Source of the DNA: a virus
Taxonomy: Duplodnaviria > Caudoviricetes
DNA length: 64,000 nt
Direction: 5' to 3' (one strand)
Virus record (IMG/VR): IMGVR_UViG_3300032292_000698
Coordinates: 36,984-100,983 of that record
The notes under the pieces were generated by a model that made no database searches, had not been told where the DNA came from, and worked only from the letters and a program-made list of their open reading frames with translations. The translations under genes and the position numbers were made by a program. Below are positions 50,890-58,921 of the stretch, piece after piece. How positions within the stretch are numbered: the stretch's first letter is position 1; the number at the start of each line of letters is the position of its first letter.

Positions 50890-51093
50890 TTATTTACCTT
50901 TAGACTTGGATGCCTTTTCCATTTCTTCGTTTTCTCGTTTTCGAACTTCTGCCAACTTACGAAGATAAAAGATGCGCAAGTGCGTAGGTAAATTGTACGC
51001 AATCTCTTGAGTAAAGGCACCCTCTGAATAATAAGCCAAATCGAAAATCTGGCTATGAATAGCTATCTTGTCTTCAGGACTCAGGCCAAAAAA
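50890..51093 (-). CDS. tail assembly chaperone extension (gp51/GT-like), probably reached by frameshift
   Basis: Frame FFGLSPEDKIAIHSQIFDLAYYSEGAFTQEIAYNLPTHLRIFYLRKL...KGK* opens at a T7 run in the upstream gene and has no ATG/GTG near its start. Confidence 0.72.
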   Translation of the reverse strand, partial: FFGLSPEDKIAIHSQIFDLAYYSEGAFTQEIAYNLPTHLRIFYLRKLAEVRKRENEEMEKASKSKGK

Positions 51094-51946
51094 ACTGGGC
51101 CGTTAGCGGCACCGACATCCTTTCTTCGTGAGAACATTCATCACATGAAAAATCAAATGTCATATCCAAATCAGGCGTGTTTTCCTTAACATATGCCCTA
51201 AATGCCAAACTATCACGTGATGGCATTTCCTGATTGACAAATTTGTTAATTACACCACGATCACCATTACCGTCAACTGCAATAATCATTGCACGTAGAC
51301 GAGTAGTAACTTCACTACTTGAATTCTTGTTGACCTTGGACAATCCCTTGATTTCAGAGTCAATTAGAGTTTCATCCTTATGAGTCAACAACTTGTAGGT
51401 AATAACCCGTTGTGTGTACGGAAGAGTGAATTCAAACTGATTTTGACCCTTTGGATGTTTGGTCACATCGATCTCCTTAGACTTCATCAACGAAAGGTCA
51501 ATCTTTCGTTCACATTCGGTCTGACACTTAGGACAAGTCACTTTGACTGGTCCATACGTATCACCGTATGCCAAACGTCGGGCAGCGAAGAATGCGGCGT
51601 TTTTATCACCCACTAGAATGTCATCTATCTTGATCGGAGTCACAATCAGTGATTCCAACAACTTGTCAAGAACAATTCCCTTCTTGATCAAATTTTGATT
51701 GGTCAAAATATCTTCTTCTCGAGCAGTCATCATCTTTAGTTCTAAACGCCCAGCAGAAAGAGGATGTCCTTCGGGATAAAAATGACCTTCACTAGGAAGA
51801 TCAATAGTCTCAGTAGGAAAGTTATTTTGGGGTTTTACAGGAACTCCAGATGGAGTTGCGGGTTGAGACATTGATGGCTGTCTTGCGATTTGTGGACCGC
51901 CAACGATAGTGGATGGTCTCGTAATAGAAATAGATTCTTCGCTCAT
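51074..51946 (-). CDS. baseplate hub assembly protein / tail chaperone (gp26-like)
   Basis: LPSEG.FY, MTAREEDIL, GDKNA...AR..AYG, CPKC and CDEC, ending FFWP. Confidence 0.8.
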   Translation of the reverse strand: MSEESISITRPSTIVGGPQIARQPSMSQPATPSGVPVKPQNNFPTETIDLPSEGHFYPEGHPLSAGRLELKMMTAREEDILTNQNLIKKGIVLDKLLESLIVTPIKIDDILVGDKNAAFFAARRLAYGDTYGPVKVTCPKCQTECERKIDLSLMKSKEIDVTKHPKGQNQFEFTLPYTQRVITYKLLTHKDETLIDSEIKGLSKVNKNSSSEVTTRLRAMIIAVDGNGDRGVINKFVNQEMPSRDSLAFRAYVKENTPDLDMTFDFSCDECSHEERMSVPLTAQFFWPES

Positions 51947-52004
51947 AGTAACTTATTTGTCGTAACAATATATAGTAACGTTTTAAAACTTTTGGTTATT
52001 TTAA

Positions 52005-52352
52005 TTAACTTGGAGCACCACCGCCTTGTGCAACTTTCAAAGCATTTTTTGCTGCAGTTTCACCGTCTCTAGCCTTTTTAGTATTTTCTTTGGCAGTATT
52101 TAAAGATTCGGTTTCTTTTGATACGTCTTCTCCACGATTTTCTGCAGCATCAAGTGCGTCTGATGCTGTTTGTTCACGTTCTAGTGCCTGTGCCACAGTT
52201 ACTTTAGCAATATCAACGCCCACTTTTGCAGATTGTACCTTGAATCCTTGTTGTTTTTTTCTCAACGTCTCCAACGCATTTTGAAACTTATCAGTCTCTT
52301 CTTCTAGTACTTCGGTAATTAATGAAATCAAATCTGCCTTGGTAATCTTCAT
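52005..52352 (-). CDS. hypothetical helical protein (candidate virion-internal protein)
   Basis: Start MKITKADLISLITEVLEEE lies just after the TATTTATA motif. Confidence 0.7.
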   Translation of the reverse strand: MKITKADLISLITEVLEEETDKFQNALETLRKKQQGFKVQSAKVGVDIAKVTVAQALEREQTASDALDAAENRGEDVSKETESLNTAKENTKKARDGETAAKNALKVAQGGGAPS

Positions 52353-52376
52353 ATGGTATAAATAGGTATATACAAT

Positions 52377-52407
52377 AAAAAACCCCACACTTTCGTATGG
52401 GGCTTTT
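52377..52407 (-). terminator. intrinsic terminator after tail tube
   Basis: GCCCCAT-loop-GTGGGGT hairpin plus U-run on the minus strand. Confidence 0.7.
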
Positions 52408-52431
52408 AAGACCTTACTTTTCCTAAAATGA

Positions 52432-52923
52432 TTAGTATTGGAGAATTGCGTAGTCGTATGCCAAGTTCAAGGTGAGTTCAACTGGGTCACCCATGTTTGT
52501 CCAGTCAAGGTTACCGAACTCTGCACTAACAATTTGTGCACCCTTGAGAACCCACTCTTCTACCTTGTCACCCACTGGTCCCAAACAGTTGATGGTGCAA
52601 TCTTTCTTATAAAAGTCAAGATAACCGTCACGTCCTGTTACTGATTCGTGGTGTAGACGGACCCATTCCATCACAGCTTGTGCACCAGATGGAGCGATTG
52701 GGTCATAAAGACTGATACTGATATCGTTCCAAACGCTCTTACCTTTGTAATAACGTTGTACGTTGATATAGTCAATCGTCTTCTTTTCTTGATTTAGTTT
52801 TGGACGATCTGTCTTTTTGATGATAAAAGCGGGAATACCATCAATGCTGAAAATGAATCTGTTTTGAACTTTTGGCTCAAATACAGTATAGAACATTTCG
52901 TTTGGATTAAGTAGGTCTGCCAT
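52432..52923 (-). CDS. tail tube protein (gp19-like)
   Basis: EPK..NRF, W.DISISLYDPI, AVMEW, YKKD, VEEWVLKGA and L.YDYA. Confidence 0.9.
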   Translation of the reverse strand: MADLLNPNEMFYTVFEPKVQNRFIFSIDGIPAFIIKKTDRPKLNQEKKTIDYINVQRYYKGKSVWNDISISLYDPIAPSGAQAVMEWVRLHHESVTGRDGYLDFYKKDCTINCLGPVGDKVEEWVLKGAQIVSAEFGNLDWTNMGDPVELTLNLAYDYAILQY

Positions 52924-52984
52924 ATTTTTTCCTTATTAGGTCTTGTATATAAATAGTGTGTCGTTTCGATTTTTTCTAAAAATC

Positions 52985-53671
52985 TTATGATTCTTTTAAC
53001 GAATGTTGAGCATCGTATACTTTGTTAACAGCATCTTTCAATTTATCAATATGACCACGTGTTCTTAATAGTTTGAAAACAATATTTTCTGTGCTGAATT
53101 CTCCACCTTTGCTCAAACCCGATTCACGCATGTCATATACAGATCGCAGTACACGTTTCAAATCATTAAAGTTGTTTGATCTGATAGAATTGGATATTTG
53201 TACAACCATGTCAGAATACTTTTTCTGAATCATGTTTTTATCCAATGTCAAATTGAGTTTTTGTGGAACTTTTATCCACTTGTTATTCAAAACACTATAT
53301 ACACCCAATGCTCTATTGGTTTCTTTAATATCTTGAATATACAATTCCACTCGGTGTCCCTTGATTGTCACGTTGTGGTTTTTGTTCCAGTTGGCTTTGA
53401 TGCTGTCAACCATCTTTTTAACCAAATCATGATCGGGGGAAATCTTGTTGAAATCAATCAACACATGCAAGTCTACATCACTACTTGGTCCCCAATTGTA
53501 ATTTGCAGCACTACCAAGAATGTATACATCTTCAATAGGAGCTGGTAATTCAGACTCAATATAGAAATCTTGCGCAATTTTCAACAACGCATCTCGGATT
53601 TCTGGCTTGATTGATTTGTCAGCGTTCCAGATGTTTGGATTCAAACTATCGTTATAAATTCTGGCTTTCAT
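52985..53671 (-). CDS. Pol-beta superfamily nucleotidyltransferase
   Basis: ILGSAANYNW..SDVDLH (GS + DxD), VELYIQD and RESGL...GEFSTENIVFK. Confidence 0.8.
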   Translation of the reverse strand: MKARIYNDSLNPNIWNADKSIKPEIRDALLKIAQDFYIESELPAPIEDVYILGSAANYNWGPSSDVDLHVLIDFNKISPDHDLVKKMVDSIKANWNKNHNVTIKGHRVELYIQDIKETNRALGVYSVLNNKWIKVPQKLNLTLDKNMIQKKYSDMVVQISNSIRSNNFNDLKRVLRSVYDMRESGLSKGGEFSTENIVFKLLRTRGHIDKLKDAVNKVYDAQHSLKES

Positions 53672-53672
53672 A

Positions 53673-54299
53673 TTATATGTTGGACCAACTGTATCCGTAA
53701 CTTTCTTGGGTAATTCCTAAAATCTTTTTCAACTGATTAATCGTATCAGTTGTGTTTTTGTGTTCAATTGCAGTACCACCTTTTGATCTCCATTGTGCAA
53801 TGTTTGATGGTAAATCATCAATCAATATATGATTTGGTCCCAACGCATATTGTTGTTTTGCTTCGGAACTATCCACCAAGATGACGTTTTCATCGGGTGG
53901 AACTGGGACTAAGTTTGTTGACAACCATCTACGTTTACCAATTTCAGCGTTATTGGTTTTTGATTTTTTACTGGATGTACTGCTCAAAATCTTGACGGGA
54001 AACTTTAGGCTGTTTATAAACCTCCACAACGTATCTCCGTCCGGAAGTTTTGGCAATGTTGCCCACCATGTTATACCATTGTCTGGTGGATTGGTAAAAA
54101 TCAGTTTCCATATTTCAGGACTTCTTCCAGTTGCATCAAATTGTTCAGCTGATATACCACCTGAGATTTTCTTGAATCCTTCATCAAAATCAACCAATAC
54201 ACCATCCATATCACAATAAATAACGGTAGAGTTTTCGTCACCAATCTCTAACAGATTGTGATCAAAAACTTCTGGGATGGCCATTTTCAAAGGTATCAT
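53673..54299 (-). CDS. HAD-family 5'(3')-deoxyribonucleotidase-like phosphatase
   Basis: YCDMDGVLVDF, ILSS, K..W, ILIDD and W...GG. Confidence 0.85.
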   Translation of the reverse strand: MIPLKMAIPEVFDHNLLEIGDENSTVIYCDMDGVLVDFDEGFKKISGGISAEQFDATGRSPEIWKLIFTNPPDNGITWWATLPKLPDGDTLWRFINSLKFPVKILSSTSSKKSKTNNAEIGKRRWLSTNLVPVPPDENVILVDSSEAKQQYALGPNHILIDDLPSNIAQWRSKGGTAIEHKNTTDTINQLKKILGITQESYGYSWSNI

Positions 54300-54398
54300 A
54301 TCAGTATAAATATCCAAAAAATTCTATAATAGCTTGACAAACTCGCTTTTTATCTATAAGCATTGCAAGCGCAACAAGCAAAACAACAAGCACCTAAC

Positions 54399-54602
54399 TT
54401 AATTGAAATGATAACAATAAAGTACTTCAATTAACTTAAATTGATTGCTTAAAGCGCTTAAGCAGTAATTTTTGTATTGTTTTGAGTTTTGTAAGTTCCA
54501 TGCCAGTTCAGTGTCTCCAACTTGTCCATAATCAGGCGCATAAAGCATATGACTTAACTTGTTGTCGTCATAAACTTCAAATTTACAGTTGTTTTCGTTC
54601 AC
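54399..54602 (-). CDS. small hypothetical protein
   Basis: GTG start right after a TATTTATT motif variant. The 3' end runs into a structured AT-rich region. Confidence 0.4.
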   Translation of the reverse strand: MNENNCKFEVYDDNKLSHMLYAPDYGQVGDTELAWNLQNSKQYKNYCLSALSNQFKLIEVLYCYHFN

Positions 54603-54634
54603 ACAAATAAATATAAAACTATTGTGTATAAACG

Positions 54635-54663
54635 AAAAAACCCCGCTTTTTAGGGCGGGGTTT
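54635..54663 (-). terminator. intrinsic terminator after tail sheath
   Basis: AAACCCCGC-loop-GCGGGGTTTTTT. Confidence 0.85.
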
Positions 54664-54682
54664 GTTATTATTTACCAATCAA

Positions 54683-57600
54683 TTAGGCGCCTGGGAACTC
54701 AGCACCAGTTGGCAAGATGTTGAAATCAAGCACGATGAATTCAGCCGTCTTGGTTGGTTGTAGATAGATTTGTCCGTAAAGAATATTACGATCAATCAAG
54801 TCAGGAGTGTTGTTGGTTTCGTCCATCTTCACTTGGAAGGCGTACAAACCACTACGTTGTTGAACCTGTTCAAGGTAAGGATTGACAATACTCAAGAAAC
54901 GGTTACGAGTGTTTGCCACGTTTTGTTCGAATACCAAGAAACGTGAGCTTGAAGCAATAAACTTCTTCAAGTTGATCATCAAGCGACGAACGTTGATACG
55001 ATCCAATGCACTTGGTGCGATCTGAAGAGTCTTTTGACCCCACACGCAAATACCCTGTCCGGGGAATGCGGCGATTGGGTTAACACGACCCTCATAGAGA
55101 GTGTCACGTTCACCGTGTGTCAAACGATCCAATACTTGGACAGCTTGTGTGATTCCACCACGGTTCAAACCAGCAGGAGCAAACCATTCAGCCGAAGCCT
55201 TATCGTTTGAAGCGTAGATTGCTGGAAGAACAACTGAAGGAGGAACACTCACAATCTTGTTCAAGTTGGTATCAAGAATCTTGACCCATGGATAGTATGT
55301 AGCAACGTAACTTGAATCGATGTTGGCAGCTACGTTCACTGCTGCATCAATCAAGCCTGTGCTTTGATTGCTCTTAGGGAACACCACGTTATCCATGATG
55401 TAGAAACAATCACCACGTGCTTCACACATATCAATTGTCAACTGTGCCACATAACTGTGGTGTTGATAGAAGATACCCGGAGTCACGATCAAGTTAATGT
55501 CGAATTCATCAGCATTACCAAGAGCACCAATACATTGACGATAAGCAATGCTACCGGCAGTAGTAATACTGGTACAATTCAAACCTTGAGTATTGCCTGG
55601 AATAATGTCAGATCCAACATTGATTGGAACCGCTGGTGATTGACCATCAAATCCGCCTTGGAATCCAAGAACGAATTTACGCATCTTCACACGGGTTGAT
55701 TCAAATGCAGCATCATAAGTTGATGGAACACCACCGCTGTCGTTTTGTACATCTGGTTGTTTTGAACCAGTTGGACTATATGCATCACCTTCTTCAAGGT
55801 CAAACACTACGTTATTGCCAATTGAAGTGAATCCTTCATAAGCAGGTAGCGGAGCGAAGTATTGAAGGTTGTCGTTGTGTACACTGTACACACCCACACT
55901 TGATGTTGGATATAGTGCCAACAAATCATCAGCAGCACCCACTGGAGGTTCACCAAACACAATACCCGATGGATATTTGCCTGGAGCAGTTGAGTAGGTT
56001 GATGCGCGAGTGAATTGTACTGGTGGCAAGAATCCACCAAGAGTACCACCAACAGGTGTAGCAAGAGCATCAAATCCGTAAGGAATTGATGATGTTGGAT
56101 ACACGTTTTCGGTCATCTCAATACGAACGTACTTACTCAAGTTGGAGTAGGTACCGAACTCAATAATCTTACCAGAGTAAGAAATATAGTTGTAACGATC
56201 ACCGATACGACGAGCGATGAAGTTACTGCTATCTGGATCAAGATTCAAGTTTTGGAAACGTTCCAAATACTTAGGACTCTTGTCGGTGTCACTGAACTTA
56301 CGTACTGCCAACGTGAATGAACCCCAATCACTTCCTGCGACTGTACCAGCGAGTTTTACATCACTAATTTCAATCTTATAAGAAGTGTTCATGTTCGTAC
56401 CATCAGCGAGTGTATGAATACGGAACAATGGGAAACGTTGTGGTTGAGCAGTAACATCAGCTGTACCAGTGAATGGAGCAACTTGTTGTGAATTGATCCA
56501 AGGTGTTGTTGCCCACTTCAAACTGAAGTCACTATCACCGGTTGTTGGTGTGTAACCATAGTTATCAGTGAACTTCATTGGATTACCGGTCAATACAAGT
56601 TTGTTCTCACCACCAGTTGGTGTGTAAGGAGCTTCACTGCCTACAATCATCCAACCATCAGACGGATCGGTTGATTCCTCAACAATACGAGCGATGGTAT
56701 CCTTGAAGATATTGTACAAATAAGCAGCTTCAATCTTTTGACCAGCCACTTGCTTAGCAGGATCACCTGCGGTAGCATCTGATCCAAATACATTGGTGAT
56801 GTAGTTAGAACTTGCTGGATCCAATGAGAATTCATAGGTTCCATAACTTCCACTTGAACCACCGATGTTGTAACGCAAATCAAGAACATAGTCTTGTGCG
56901 GTTGGATCTGCACTACCACTGTACAAACCAGAGGTTGCAATCTTCTTACTGAATACAGAACCCTCGAAACCATAAACAACCTGTGCCAACTTGTTGTTTG
57001 CATCAGACTGAATTGTTGCGTTTTGAGTGTTTGCCAAAACAGCAAGAACCACTGATTCACGGGTTGCACCCGGATTACATGGATCACCACCAGAAACTAC
57101 ATTTTCAGTGAAAGCAGTGAACTTACCAAAACTACCGGTAATGTTACAGGTCAACTGAATTTGAACACCGCAACTATTTGTTGGACGATACTTGGCAAAA
57201 TTGATACTGTTAATGATAACAGAAGATGCAGCACCAGATACTGGGAAGTCATCGCTCAACTTAACCAAACTGCTTGTGGTTGCCAAACTACCAGACAAAC
57301 GTCCAGTTTGTTCAGCAAGAGCACGCAACAACTTGGCTTCAGCGCTGATTGTCAAGTCACCTTGATAACTGGAGCTGATTTCAAATGAAGCGGCATTAAA
57401 CGTAAGATTCACATCACCGATATAACGAGTGGTGTAAGTCTTGTTACCAGTTGTGCCTGGAGGATTGTATGTTGCAAATGAGCTGGTCTCAAAGTTTGCA
57501 TACAAACTACCAGTAATGGTCAATGTTTCAGTTGCACTTGAACTGACGTACTGTACGTTTACAGTAATATCGTCTGGGTCCAAAGCAATGTACGATGAAT

Positions 57601-57991
57601 CGGCCGTACCCAAAGATGTGAACGATCCACTCTCCGTATTACGTGTATAATAACCCGGAATTGCGTAAATCACAAACGGATTATCTTGTTTGTATCCCGT
57701 CAATGCACCTACACGACAAACGGTCACTAGACCTTGTTCTTGTAGGTATTGTTTGGCAGTGTAAGGACCGTAGTATACTCCGTCCGCTACACCGAATTTT
57801 TCCTCTAGCTCAGATACGCTGGTGACAACGGTTGGAGCAAAGCCTGGTCCCTTGGGGAAGGGAGCGACAATAGCTCCACCAATATCAGCCACGCCTTGAG
57901 CAAGGCCTGACAAGTCGTTTTCACGACTGAAAACGCCAGGACTTACTATTCTGTCGTGTGGAGTAAATGTACCCCCTTCTGTAATTGGCAT
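54683..57991 (-). CDS. tail sheath protein (gp18-like)
   Basis: SPGVFSRENDLS, PKGP, YYPW, WFAPAGLNRG, WGQKTLQ, DRINVRRL and PTKTAEFI. Confidence 0.97.
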   Translation of the reverse strand: MPITEGGTFTPHDRIVSPGVFSRENDLSGLAQGVADIGGAIVAPFPKGPGFAPTVVTSVSELEEKFGVADGVYYGPYTAKQYLQEQGLVTVCRVGALTGYKQDNPFVIYAIPGYYTRNTESGSFTSLGTADSSYIALDPDDITVNVQYVSSSATETLTITGSLYANFETSSFATYNPPGTTGNKTYTTRYIGDVNLTFNAASFEISSSYQGDLTISAEAKLLRALAEQTGRLSGSLATTSSLVKLSDDFPVSGAASSVIINSINFAKYRPTNSCGVQIQLTCNITGSFGKFTAFTENVVSGGDPCNPGATRESVVLAVLANTQNATIQSDANNKLAQVVYGFEGSVFSKKIATSGLYSGSADPTAQDYVLDLRYNIGGSSGSYGTYEFSLDPASSNYITNVFGSDATAGDPAKQVAGQKIEAAYLYNIFKDTIARIVEESTDPSDGWMIVGSEAPYTPTGGENKLVLTGNPMKFTDNYGYTPTTGDSDFSLKWATTPWINSQQVAPFTGTADVTAQPQRFPLFRIHTLADGTNMNTSYKIEISDVKLAGTVAGSDWGSFTLAVRKFSDTDKSPKYLERFQNLNLDPDSSNFIARRIGDRYNYISYSGKIIEFGTYSNLSKYVRIEMTENVYPTSSIPYGFDALATPVGGTLGGFLPPVQFTRASTYSTAPGKYPSGIVFGEPPVGAADDLLALYPTSSVGVYSVHNDNLQYFAPLPAYEGFTSIGNNVVFDLEEGDAYSPTGSKQPDVQNDSGGVPSTYDAAFESTRVKMRKFVLGFQGGFDGQSPAVPINVGSDIIPGNTQGLNCTSITTAGSIAYRQCIGALGNADEFDINLIVTPGIFYQHHSYVAQLTIDMCEARGDCFYIMDNVVFPKSNQSTGLIDAAVNVAANIDSSYVATYYPWVKILDTNLNKIVSVPPSVVLPAIYASNDKASAEWFAPAGLNRGGITQAVQVLDRLTHGERDTLYEGRVNPIAAFPGQGICVWGQKTLQIAPSALDRINVRRLMINLKKFIASSSRFLVFEQNVANTRNRFLSIVNPYLEQVQQRSGLYAFQVKMDETNNTPDLIDRNILYGQIYLQPTKTAEFIVLDFNILPTGAEFPGA

Positions 57992-58052
57992 ATGCTAAAT
58001 TTCCTTTCGATTGGTTGAAGTTTTGTATGAGACGCATACAAAAAACTCTAAA

Positions 58053-58060
58053 TATAAATA
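58053..58060 (-). promoter_or_regulatory. TATTTATA putative phage late-promoter motif (also at 22780, 28927, 50847, 52357, 52948, 54305; variants at 40095, 54606)
   Basis: Recurs 3-61 nt upstream of minus-strand genes, mostly structural ones. Confidence 0.65.
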
Positions 58061-58087
58061 TTTCTGAAAATTTGAAAGTCTAAATAT

Positions 58088-58921
58088 TTATATTTTAAGG
58101 CTACTTTTAAGGTCAATTATTGTTTTTACTGATTTTATTATTTGATTGGGTTCAATACTATACGTACATTCATGTTGTCGATATGTGTTTTTATGACGTG
58201 GACACCAAATATCTTCCCACACTATTTCTAAAGAATTGTCATTATAACATCCCCGACACATACCCTCGGCAGGACCAATACGAACACAATTGTCAGAAAA
58301 CTCAAAATACGAATGTGTGTGACCACTCAACATAATCACAGGCACTCCTAGGCACCACGCTAACCAAGCCAAACCAGAACTTACACCAATGTACACACTT
58401 GAACTATAAATGAGGTTGCAAACGGTTTTTAAATCATGCCCGGTGCAGTTTTTTATATTTGACAATGTACTAACTTCTTTTGATACTGAGATTGGAGTAT
58501 ATCCAATAGAGTTAATGTACTTTATTACCTTTACCCACCCAATAGGATTGGTCCACGATTTGGCATAATTACTACCAAATTCAGAAAATGTCATCGTATT
58601 ACCCTCAGTGTTAATCAACTTTGATACATTAAACCGAGGTCTGATTTCAACATACTCAAGACCCAAAGCATGTGCTCCAGACCACTGCAATGGTTTTTCT
58701 CTATCTGCAACATCGATAGTAATTAATTTGTCATACGAACTGGGTTGATAATAATTCAAATCAGAATACACATCTCCAAATAACTCTTTGTAGTAAAAGT
58801 TAGTGTAAACTTCCCAATTATACTTCTGTCTAGCTAAATCGATATAGGGCAACCAAGCAATGTTGTCACCCAATTGATTGCTTTCAAGATGTACGTATAC
58901 CTTCTGTCTTGATAAGTTCAT
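58088..58921 (-). CDS. Aah/TibC-like (BAHT) heptosyltransferase, stand-alone catalytic domain
   Basis: QLGDNIAWLPY, GVSSGLAWLAW and iron-finger CRGC...WCP...HEC. Confidence 0.78.
   Translation of the reverse strand: MNLSRQKVYVHLESNQLGDNIAWLPYIDLARQKYNWEVYTNFYYKELFGDVYSDLNYYQPSSYDKLITIDVADREKPLQWSGAHALGLEYVEIRPRFNVSKLINTEGNTMTFSEFGSNYAKSWTNPIGWVKVIKYINSIGYTPISVSKEVSTLSNIKNCTGHDLKTVCNLIYSSSVYIGVSSGLAWLAWCLGVPVIMLSGHTHSYFEFSDNCVRIGPAEGMCRGCYNDNSLEIVWEDIWCPRHKNTYRQHECTYSIEPNQIIKSVKTIIDLKSSLKI

Noticed and set aside
52948-52955. T4-type late promoters driving plus-strand transcripts
   Set aside because: The plus-strand TATAAATA copies have no plus-strand genes downstream and consistently sit upstream of minus-strand starts, so the motif is read as TATTTATA.
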